A stretch of 64,000 nucleotides of DNA from Sedimentisphaerales bacterium (lineage in GTDB: Bacteria > Planctomycetota > Phycisphaerae > Sedimentisphaerales > SM23-30), in the NCBI GenBank assembly GCA_963666285.1, contig OY762711.1; one strand, given 5' to 3'. Positions 21,984-31,129 of the stretch are shown in pieces (position 1 is the first letter of the stretch; the number at the start of each line of letters is the position of its first letter). The notes beneath the pieces are model-generated. The model made no database searches, was not told where the DNA came from, and saw only the letters and a list, made by a program, of their open reading frames with translations. A program made the translations under genes and the position numbers.

Positions 21984-22583
21984 TTACTTTTTTCTTAATA
22001 TCAATCCACCTAGACTCAATAACATCAATGAGCAAGGTTCAGGGACTATAGTAAATTTAATATTATCAATTACAGGGTCATAGCCTGATTGATTTTTCAA
22101 TTCAATAGAAAAAGTATCATAGGAACCGTCTCCATCATTATCAACATCCCATACTCCAGTAATTAAGTTAGCAACAGAATCATCATATTCCCTACAAATG
22201 ATTTCAATATGAGGTTGGTGAACTTGATTAGGAGAATAAGCATCTTGATAACTAAAGATTTTATTGATTGAGCCACCAGATAGTGTGGCTGTTGAATAAT
22301 CTTCGATATATAGACTATTCATCTCTCCACCATCAAAAAATAATTGACTGTAATCATCAAGGGTAATTGTTTCAATCCCACCAACATCGATTTGGAGATG
22401 AGCAGTATTTTCAACTTCAATGATACTATGATTATGAGCATCTATCTCATCAGCTCCTCCACCTGTTACTAAAAGGGTATCGTTATTGTATAGGCTAACT
22501 CCATACTCATATGTGTCAGAAATAACCATAGCATTTAACGAACAAGTAAACATTAAAAACATAAATAACATCATCTTTTTCAT
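21984..22583 (-). CDS. PEP-CTERM surface protein, paralogue 1
   Basis: Signal peptide; VPEPCSLMLLSLGGLILRKK. Confidence 0.9.
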   Translation of the reverse strand: MKKMMLFMFLMFTCSLNAMVISDTYEYGVSLYNNDTLLVTGGGADEIDAHNHSIIEVENTAHLQIDVGGIETITLDDYSQLFFDGGEMNSLYIEDYSTATLSGGSINKIFSYQDAYSPNQVHQPHIEIICREYDDSVANLITGVWDVDNDGDGSYDTFSIELKNQSGYDPVIDNIKFTIVPEPCSLMLLSLGGLILRKK

Positions 22584-22596
22584 AACTTAATTCTCC

Positions 22597-25515
22597 TTAT
22601 TTAGATTTATCTTTCTTAGTTTTTTTATAATCTATGGAATAATAATCATTATACATTTCCCAAAGAATTTCTTCCAGTTTAGCTTTCTCTGCATCGATAT
22701 CTTCAATAGCAAAATCAGGGCTTGGATTAGATTGTTGCTCATCCAGTATGTCCATTAGTTGATAAATAGCAAGGACAAGCATAGCAAGGTTTTCTTTTTC
22801 TGTTTGTTCATCAATGGTGGTTTCTTCTACACTTGTTATACTTGATGTTGTATCTAGTGACAAAGACATAGAGACCATCATCAAAGCCTCACCACCCAAA
22901 GGAGCAGTAACATTCTCAAATCTACTATCATAGCTATCTTTCCAACAGGCAGTCCAAAGCCACTCAGGAGTAAATAATGTAAGGTCTGATATGTCTATTT
23001 TGTAATCAACATATAAATTACATGCCTCATTCCAGTTATCACAGTAGTTAGATGGGAATGAATTAGGGTCAGCCACGTAAGCAGGGTTGTTTGGACTATT
23101 GGTTAACCATGCTTCAGACATCAATGCAAACTCATACAGGCTTACAACCCCATCTCCATTTAAATCTCTTTCATTATAAATATCATCTTCACTTAAATCA
23201 TCGTCACAGGAATAGGCTTCATCGGCTCCAATATCAATCCAACTTCCCTCAATCCTATTTTCACTGTCAATGTCTTCATAACCGATTTCCGAATTAGTGA
23301 AAGATATATTTCCTCTATCTATCAATTCTGAATTATATGCGAGATGGATATTATTGGGGTCCCCAAAATAGGCAAACATTGGCTTACCAGAGACATTACC
23401 ATCCCCATAATCAATGTAATCAAGTCCATTTGGGTCATTTACAGGGTCATAGATACAACAGTATTCAGGATACTCAATCCCAGACATTTGCTCTCCACCA
23501 TCGTTATTGTAATATATAATACAATTTTGAACATCTGCAAAAATATTAGGGTCTGATTTTACATAAGATAAGCCTTCATTATAATTATATGCAATAGTAT
23601 TGTTGTATAATACTGGAGGTTCATTAGGGTCTATTATTCTTATTCCATATCTAAGCTCTTCATTGTTGCCATTTTTAGTAATAACACTATTTTTTAATAT
23701 CAAGCTAGAATTTTCAACATAGACACCATGCCCACCATTTTGAGAAGAAATACTATTTAAAATTGAAAGGGCATTACTTGCTCCTTCATGCCTTATTCCA
23801 TGTAAAATATTATTTGCAATTTTTGACCATTGCAAACTAATGTTACCATTTATAATACGAATCCCATATTGAGATTCTTTGATATAACAATTATTAATCT
23901 CACAATCAGAGTTATTTCCGTAAACTCCATAATCATTTCCATGCTCAACAACAAAACCATCTATAATACAATCATCTCCCATAGTCACAACAGTATCATT
24001 TATAATATTATCCCCAATTTCCCCAGTTAAAATTGTTTTATATTTATCAGGATTCCTATCTGCAAAATCACATCCGCCTTTCTTAAAACCACCATACATC
24101 TCAGTTTCATAAGGTAATTCAAAACTTAAAGCAGAACCATTACCAGGATTATAGATTCCCTCCGCAACATATATCTTATATCCTGTTGCAGAACAATTGG
24201 CTTCCCTTGCTCTAGTTAATGCATCTTGCAAATCAGTATAAGCATGAGTCCAAGAAATACCCGTATCAAATCCTATTGCATTTTTATCAACATAAATAAT
24301 ATCAGCATCCTCTGTCTGCCAGCAACAAACAGGTGTATCAACTTCTGCAATGCCTATTAGAATATCTCCAGTATAAATATAAGCCTTATTATGTATAAAC
24401 ATTCCTGCTGGAGCAGTTTCATTAACTCTTACTGTCAATGAAACACAACCTGTTAGATTATTTGGGTCTAATGTCCCGATGTTCCACGTATAAGTATTGT
24501 CCATGATATTATAGCTAGTATCAAACGGGTCAAAATCATAGTCAACACTATAAGGTAAGACATCAACAATTGTTACATCTTCAAAAGTTCGACTATCTAT
24601 ATTATCCCAGCAAATAGTATATTCTATTTCATCGTTTGGGTCACAGCAATCAGTTCCTGTATTGTCATGGTCTATTATAGTGAAATCCTTAGTGAATCCT
24701 AATCGTTCAAAAGGATAAACATCAGCTGCTATAGTAATAGTATCAATAATCTCTTCACCATTAGCTTCATATTCATTAAGTTCAAAAGGAACAAAACTTT
24801 CTCCCCAACTATCAAAAGTATTATGATAAGATGCTTTCCATCCATCCATATATTCTGGTTCTAAATCATCAAAAACCCCACTATTCTCACCCTCTACTGT
24901 AAATGATGAAACATCATCACCAGCATTGATTTGAGCAACAATTTCCCACTTATTGGGAATCCATGGGAACCCCCTTACATCTCCTAACGCCAACATACCT
25001 GTCCCTGTCCCTTGTAAGATATACTCTATAGATTGAGCCAAAAATCTATCAGCAGGTTCATAGTCAGAGTAGGCATTACTTACACCACCTACAGTATGAA
25101 AATCTGCGTCATGACCAGTTAATATCACTCTTCCTAATATACCATCTTCTATAATTGATTGTGATAAACTGTGAACAGTGCTTTCCTCATTCCATCCTAC
25201 AATAAATATATCATGATTATTTAAGTCTTCTACTGTGATAGGAGTTGAGTTTATAGTTTTATAGGTATAATCAACATTAGGTCTATAATCAAATAATGAA
25301 TCCATAGCTGCGACTATATCAGTATCATTCCCAAGATTATCTTTAGAGCCATAATCATAAACTATAAACGAATAGTCATCTGGATTAAAATCTATTGGAA
25401 TATCTGCTGCAGAAGAACTCCCAAGCTCATTATCTAAAGTATCTGCCCATACCCCTGATGTAACTAACATTAAAGTAACTATTCCCAGAAAATACCTTGT
25501 GAAAACATTCCTCAT
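22597..25515 (-). CDS. Large secreted acidic protein: DUF11-like Ig domain, right-handed beta-helix, dockerin-like module, acidic tail
   Basis: Signal peptide after ATG 25515 (GAAAGGAAG RBS); IEYTICWDN...VTIVDVLP; IIYVDKNA...WTHAYTDLQDAL; DIGADE; DLNGDGVVSLYEF. Confidence 0.75.
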   Translation of the reverse strand: MRNVFTRYFLGIVTLMLVTSGVWADTLDNELGSSSAADIPIDFNPDDYSFIVYDYGSKDNLGNDTDIVAAMDSLFDYRPNVDYTYKTINSTPITVEDLNNHDIFIVGWNEESTVHSLSQSIIEDGILGRVILTGHDADFHTVGGVSNAYSDYEPADRFLAQSIEYILQGTGTGMLALGDVRGFPWIPNKWEIVAQINAGDDVSSFTVEGENSGVFDDLEPEYMDGWKASYHNTFDSWGESFVPFELNEYEANGEEIIDTITIAADVYPFERLGFTKDFTIIDHDNTGTDCCDPNDEIEYTICWDNIDSRTFEDVTIVDVLPYSVDYDFDPFDTSYNIMDNTYTWNIGTLDPNNLTGCVSLTVRVNETAPAGMFIHNKAYIYTGDILIGIAEVDTPVCCWQTEDADIIYVDKNAIGFDTGISWTHAYTDLQDALTRAREANCSATGYKIYVAEGIYNPGNGSALSFELPYETEMYGGFKKGGCDFADRNPDKYKTILTGEIGDNIINDTVVTMGDDCIIDGFVVEHGNDYGVYGNNSDCEINNCYIKESQYGIRIINGNISLQWSKIANNILHGIRHEGASNALSILNSISSQNGGHGVYVENSSLILKNSVITKNGNNEELRYGIRIIDPNEPPVLYNNTIAYNYNEGLSYVKSDPNIFADVQNCIIYYNNDGGEQMSGIEYPEYCCIYDPVNDPNGLDYIDYGDGNVSGKPMFAYFGDPNNIHLAYNSELIDRGNISFTNSEIGYEDIDSENRIEGSWIDIGADEAYSCDDDLSEDDIYNERDLNGDGVVSLYEFALMSEAWLTNSPNNPAYVADPNSFPSNYCDNWNEACNLYVDYKIDISDLTLFTPEWLWTACWKDSYDSRFENVTAPLGGEALMMVSMSLSLDTTSSITSVEETTIDEQTEKENLAMLVLAIYQLMDILDEQQSNPSPDFAIEDIDAEKAKLEEILWEMYNDYYSIDYKKTKKDKSK

Positions 25516-25943
25516 TATACCATTCTTCCTTTCGTAACACTTAACAACTTCTATCCTCAAAACTGTTCACATTGAACAGCCTTTATGTAATCAAAGGCAG
25601 TCAATAAATGTGGGAGAAATAACAAGGAATAATTTAGACTTTCTCCCTATATATAAGTCCCAAATATTTACCAGTCTTTATTTTATGAAATTTAGGGTGG
25701 TTATGTCAATGGATATGTGTAATTATTAAAATTTCCCAATTATCCCATATCTTCAAAATAGGCTATATTTCCCCTTGTTTTGCATACAAGCATACAAGAA
25801 ATTATGCATTAAATCCTTGTTTTTACACCTTTTATGTGGTATATTCCACTTATAAAAGCTCTTTAAAAGTACAGATTTTAGTACAGACAACGGAAGAAAT
25901 GACCCCTTATAATAGCTCAAAAATGAGTTTTTTTTGAGAGATT

Positions 25944-25968
25944 TGGGAACGCCGAGCTCCAGCTCGGC
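25944..25968. repeat. REP-like palindrome
   Basis: TGGGAAC-GCCGAGCT-CC-AGCTCGGC directly before repeat copy 2. Confidence 0.6.
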
Positions 25969-25972
25969 ACAT

Positions 25973-26076
25973 TCGCCGTAGGCGATTTATAATAAGGTTG
26001 CGTAGCAACACTTTCTTTACACTTTTTATTTTACCCTTTACACTTTGATGCCGCTTCGCGGCATCTGGTCTGCCCA
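25973..26076. repeat. ~105-bp dispersed intergenic repeat, copy 2
   Basis: Near-identical to 2445-2549. Confidence 0.9.
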
Positions 26077-26669
26077 CAAATCAAAAATAACAACTTACAA
26101 AAAAACTCACAATATCCCCTGCCCGCCGCGCCCCCTCCGTTCGCCGCCGTTCTCGTTTATCGCCCGCCGTAAGGGCTCAATTCCCCGCCGTTCGCCGACA
26201 TTTCCCGAAGCTGCCCGACCTTTCGCCGCTGCTCTCCCGCACACCCTCCGTCCATCCTCTATATAGCTCCGCTCCACCGCCGTCGCCAACCTTTATTCCC
26301 GCCGTAACAATCCACAGCATTTCCCACCGCCAACCCTCTCCAAAATGCAAAAGCTAAATTTTCTTTACTTCACCATAAACTCTTATTTACTCCATCTAAC
26401 GCCCAACCCCACACAAACTTAACCATATTTTTATCTCACTTACCGCCAGGCATAAACTCAAAAAATAAGTCCCGATACACTTCCCAACACCTCAATTTTT
26501 CACTTAGCAAATCTTGCCGCAACGCGGCTTTCCTCACTAAATACCTCTAATACCACTCAAACTGCCTATCAATCAGTTTGAATTATCAATTGACTTTACC
26601 ACCAAAAACTATGATAATCAAAACATAACAAAAGACATAAATATCGATTTTAATTAAGGTTACTGATAT

Positions 26670-28202
26670 ATGGCCAAAAAGACCAACACTAAACCAACTC
26701 CGGGCATCGCATACCTCGTTGGCGCCGGTCCCGGCGACCCGGGACTTATCACCGTACGCGGCCGGGAACTCATACAATCCGCCGACACAATCGTTTACGA
26801 CTATCTAGCCGACAAACAACTGCTAAACCTCGCTTCTGACGATGCTGAGCTAATATACGTCGGCAAACAGGCTGGCAAACACACAATGCCGCAGGATGAC
26901 ATCAACGAACTGCTCGTAAAACTCGTTACCCAAGGAAAATGCGTCGTTAGACTCAAAGGCGGCGACCCGTTCATTTTCGGACGCGGCGGCGAAGAGGCAC
27001 TCGCACTCGCCCAGAATAATCTGCCGTTCGAAATCGTTCCTGGCGTTACCGCTGGTGCCGCCGTCCCGGCATACGCAGGCATTCCCGTTACCCACCGAGG
27101 CATGGCAACTAACCTCACTTTCATTACCGGCCATGAAGACCCCACCAAAGACGAATCTCAAATCAACTGGAACGCTCTAGCAAACATCGGAGGCACACTT
27201 GTTTTCTATATGGGCGTCAAAAACCTGCCCAATATCACCAAACAGCTTATAGACAATGGACTTACAATAGATACACCAGCCGCAATCATCGCTAACGGCA
27301 CCAAACCCAACCAGGTCTCCGTTACCGGCACACTCAATGATATCGCCCATATCGCCAAAAAGGCCAATATTGCCCCTCCGGCAATCATTGTTATCGGCCA
27401 GGTAGCTTCTCTCAAACAGCAGCTTAAATGGTACGAAAATAAACCGCTGCTAGGCAAAAAGATTGCTATCACACGTGCCCGCGCCCAGGCCAGCTCACTC
27501 GCCGAAAACCTGATTAGCCTCGGCGCTGAAGTCATCGAATTCCCCACTATCAAAATTGAACCGCCTATAAATACCGAACCGCTTGAAGTCGCAATCGTCG
27601 ACATTCACAATTACGACTGGATTGTTTTCACCAGCATTAACGGTGTAGACGCTTTCTTCGAAACACTTTACGAGCTCGGACTCGATATACGACGCATAAG
27701 CAGTCAACAGTTCTGTGCTATCGGCCCTGCCACCGCCGACAGGCTCAAAGACCATGGCATTATCGCTGACCTCGTTCCTGAGAAATTCATCGCAGAATCT
27801 ATCGCCGACGCGTTCCTCGCCAAAGGCGGACTGAAAGACAAAAACGTCCTGCTGCCCCGTGCCGATATCGCCCGACCGACCCTGGTCGAACTACTGGAGG
27901 CCATGGACGCTTGTGTCACCAATATCCAGGCATACAGAACCGTTCCGGACACCGGCAACAAGGACCTGCTCATTGATCTACTTCAAAGCGATTCGCTCGA
28001 CTGGATCACTTTCAGCAGCTCATCTACCGTCAAAAATTTCTTCGATGTCATCGCCCCAGAACTACTAAAAGGCAAAAAAGTTCAAATCGCTAGCATTGGC
28101 CCTATAACCTCCAAAACGATAAAGGAATACGGCATAAACCAATTCGCAGAAGCAAATGAATACACTCTGGACGGAGTAATCGATATCATTTGCGCAAACT
28201 AG
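26670..28202 (+). CDS. cobA: Uroporphyrinogen-III C-methyltransferase / uroporphyrinogen-III synthase fusion
   Basis: LVGAGPGDPGLIT, RLKGGDPFIFGRGGEE; HemD part WIVFTSINGV, AIGPATA, SIGPITS. Confidence 0.95.
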   Translation: MAKKTNTKPTPGIAYLVGAGPGDPGLITVRGRELIQSADTIVYDYLADKQLLNLASDDAELIYVGKQAGKHTMPQDDINELLVKLVTQGKCVVRLKGGDPFIFGRGGEEALALAQNNLPFEIVPGVTAGAAVPAYAGIPVTHRGMATNLTFITGHEDPTKDESQINWNALANIGGTLVFYMGVKNLPNITKQLIDNGLTIDTPAAIIANGTKPNQVSVTGTLNDIAHIAKKANIAPPAIIVIGQVASLKQQLKWYENKPLLGKKIAITRARAQASSLAENLISLGAEVIEFPTIKIEPPINTEPLEVAIVDIHNYDWIVFTSINGVDAFFETLYELGLDIRRISSQQFCAIGPATADRLKDHGIIADLVPEKFIAESIADAFLAKGGLKDKNVLLPRADIARPTLVELLEAMDACVTNIQAYRTVPDTGNKDLLIDLLQSDSLDWITFSSSSTVKNFFDVIAPELLKGKKVQIASIGPITSKTIKEYGINQFAEANEYTLDGVIDIICAN

Positions 28203-28432
28203 CCCAAAACATCCATAATTCACTGGAATTACGGTAAATCACTATGGAATACTACCCGGATTTGATATAATTAACCTATCAAACAAATAAATATCCATAT
28301 TTAAACCACACCTGCTGAAAATTTAGTACACTTTTTTTAATTTCATACTCTAATTTCATTCGTCAGACGGGTTTATTTATAGTAATTCATTTTTCTGTAT
28401 TATTATTGTAAATATCTGAAATTTCTATACTA

Positions 28433-28987
28433 ATGAAAAATTCGTCAAATAATGAAATCCCTCTGGTAAAATACGAAGAGTTTTTGCAATTATTTGTTAA
28501 TCATCAGAGTAAAATTTTTGGCTATATCATCACCATGGTACCATGCCGAAGCATCGCCGAAGACATCCTACAGGACACTCTACTGGTTATGTGGCGAAAA
28601 TTCTCGGATTTCACGCCCGGCACAAACTTCGCAGCATGGGGTGTCAAAATCGCCAGGCTTAATATTCTCAAATTTTACGAACGGGAACGCAATAGTCACA
28701 TCAAGTTCAACAGCGAAGCGGTCGAAAATATATCTGAGTGCCTCAGTGATTTGAACAAGAAGGATGACTCTAACAATACTGAAATTAAAGCGTTACGAAG
28801 CTGTATGAATAAACTGACTGAAATTGACCAGAAAATGATTACTTTCAGATACATGCGGAAATACTCGATCAAGGAAATCGGTATCCACTTTGGCAGGTCC
28901 GCACATGGAATATACAAAACCATGGCCAGGATACACAACCTGCTTCAAAAATGCGTCGAACGTGAAGTGTCAATTTCGCAGCACTAA
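28433..28987 (+). CDS. ECF RNA polymerase sigma factor, Planctomycete/Verrucomicrobia type
   Basis: AEDILQDT...WRKFSDFTPGTNFAAW, ALRSCMNKL, RIHNLLQKC. Confidence 0.92.
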   Translation: MKNSSNNEIPLVKYEEFLQLFVNHQSKIFGYIITMVPCRSIAEDILQDTLLVMWRKFSDFTPGTNFAAWGVKIARLNILKFYERERNSHIKFNSEAVENISECLSDLNKKDDSNNTEIKALRSCMNKLTEIDQKMITFRYMRKYSIKEIGIHFGRSAHGIYKTMARIHNLLQKCVEREVSISQH

Positions 28988-29019
28988 GCACTTCAAAACT
29001 GAAATTTTGAAAAAATGTA

Positions 29020-30747
29020 TTGTATATTATTATGAACGATAGAATTAAAATCAGAATCAACGAGCTGGCTCTCAAATCGCTGGAAAATAATGTCACTCCG
29101 GAAGAATTTGCCGAGCTTAACAATTACGTGGCCGAAAGCAAAGAATCTGCCGGACATTATATCAACTTTATTAGAACATATAATAATATTTCTGATACAG
29201 GCGACATAATAGAATCGGCACAATCATTCTTAAATGAAGCCATGAACGAAATGCTTTGGCAAAACCTTGTGGAATCTGAAAACAATGCCCAGGCACTAAT
29301 AGAGGAACCTGAAGAACAAGTCGATAATACCATACGAATAGAAAGAAAGGCTCCTGACAGGTCATCAACAATCAAAGTTCTGGTCCGGATCGCCGCTGTG
29401 CTGATTATTGGTTTTGTTATTATCTGGTTTGACAGCATAGCACGCAGGCAGGCTGCAAATGAAAATCTGATTAAGATTGCTAAATTGGATTCTACTTCAA
29501 ATGCAGTATGGCAGCGTGAATCAAATTTCCCGGTTAAAGGCGAATGGCTCTGGACTGGCAACTATTACCTTAAACAGGGTTTTGTTGAACTTACATTTTC
29601 AAATAACGAAACTGTCGTGGTTGAAGCTCCAACTAAATTTTCTTTACGAACTCCTGATAGTATCTTTTTACATCATGGACAGGTATACGCTACTGTACCC
29701 AAAGAAGCGATTGGATTTACGATTGATACCGAAAATGCTAAAATTGTTGATTTAGGGACTGAGTTTGGGGTTTATTCCGATATAAACGGCAACACAGACC
29801 TGCACGTATTAAAGGGCAAAACCCAATTGCTGGCAAGAAAGGCTGAAAGCAGCAACAATACAGAAATCGTTGTTGCTGGCAAAGCCAGAAGAATACGACC
29901 GGAAACTGAAGATATTAAAGAAATTAAGCTTAATGACCAGTTGTTTGTCAGGGAATTTGATGACACTACCGGCAAATTATGGAAAGGTGAAAACCTGAAC
30001 CTTGCCGATATCGTTAGCGGAGGAAATGGCTTTGGCGAGGGCATACCAGATAAAGGCGTCGATATCCAGAGCGGCCACTTAGTACAGGTACTCGATACCA
30101 GTGATATGATCGATGGAACTCCGTTTTACGTCGTTGTAGAAGGCAGCCCTTATATCGACGGAGTATTTGTTCCAGGCGTTATTGCTGATTCAACCCAAAT
30201 CACGTCATCCGGTATTAAAGTTAAGGATATACCAAAGACAGACGGTAAATACTGGGGTTATATATTTAACGGGGCATGGCATGACTCACACAATGTTGCG
30301 AGACATAATCTCGTCTTGGATGGGCGGCCCATACCGAATGATATACCCGCTATTACCATGCACTCTAATCTTGGCATTACCTTTGACCTTTCTGAATTAA
30401 GAAAAAATCTGCCAAACGTTGACATAAAAAGCTTTAAAACGGATTTCGGCATCTCTGAAACTATGTCTATACTCATCGATGACAAAGATTTTGATTTCGG
30501 CGAAGGCCCGGCTGCTATGAATCTTAAGAAAACTAGAAAACCGTCCGTTGACCTTTGGGTATTTCTTGACGGGAAAAATATCTATAAAGAACGTATTAGC
30601 TGTTTCTCTCCACTCTATGATATAGAAGTCGAGATCGACAATGCCGGCCAGTATTTGACTATCGTGGTCTCTGAGTCCGACGATGGATGGGGACTCGACT
30701 GGGCCGTATTTAAGAACCCTCAGCTGGTATTAAGCAAAAAGCATTAA
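29020..30747 (+). CDS. FecR-like anti-sigma/sensor with C-terminal NPCBM-like carbohydrate-binding domain
   Basis: Single TM, GFTIDT...IVDLGTEFGV, HSNLGITFDL, DWAVFKNPQL; follows the sigma gene; start may be the ATG at 29032. Confidence 0.82.
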   Translation: MYIIMNDRIKIRINELALKSLENNVTPEEFAELNNYVAESKESAGHYINFIRTYNNISDTGDIIESAQSFLNEAMNEMLWQNLVESENNAQALIEEPEEQVDNTIRIERKAPDRSSTIKVLVRIAAVLIIGFVIIWFDSIARRQAANENLIKIAKLDSTSNAVWQRESNFPVKGEWLWTGNYYLKQGFVELTFSNNETVVVEAPTKFSLRTPDSIFLHHGQVYATVPKEAIGFTIDTENAKIVDLGTEFGVYSDINGNTDLHVLKGKTQLLARKAESSNNTEIVVAGKARRIRPETEDIKEIKLNDQLFVREFDDTTGKLWKGENLNLADIVSGGNGFGEGIPDKGVDIQSGHLVQVLDTSDMIDGTPFYVVVEGSPYIDGVFVPGVIADSTQITSSGIKVKDIPKTDGKYWGYIFNGAWHDSHNVARHNLVLDGRPIPNDIPAITMHSNLGITFDLSELRKNLPNVDIKSFKTDFGISETMSILIDDKDFDFGEGPAAMNLKKTRKPSVDLWVFLDGKNIYKERISCFSPLYDIEVEIDNAGQYLTIVVSESDDGWGLDWAVFKNPQLVLSKKH

Positions 30748-31129
30748 CCATACAACCTAAGGAAACCAAATTTACAATAACCCACTTGAAATCCAAAGTA
30801 TATTTTTGATAAAATATATTTAATATGTCTTAGATAAAATACTAAACCTAAACCTCACGTAATACAAAACTTATATCTTATATATAATACTAAGCATAAA
30901 TATTATGTAAAATACAAAACCTGAATTTGCTTAATATGCCATGTAAAACTGAATTAATAGTTAATGTTGTTTTAAGATTGTAATTAATGTTATTTAAGCT
31001 TTTAGTTAATACTGTTTTAAAATTACAGTTAAATTATTTTTAGTTAGTAGTTAAGATTTATTTGAGTGCTGACATATTGATTCCACGGCAATATGTCACA
31101 TATAATCCCGTGGTTTGGAGAGGTCAAAG

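Noticed and set aside
19497..23740. Diversity-generating retroelement explaining the duplicated and variable segments
   Set aside because: No reverse transcriptase in the window, and mismatches between copies are not restricted to adenines (e.g. a G/C change at the Leu/Val site)
26116..26340. RNase P RNA, tmRNA or SRP RNA
   Set aside because: No GGAAAGTCC P4 motif, tRNA-like ends or SRP loop recognisable on either strand
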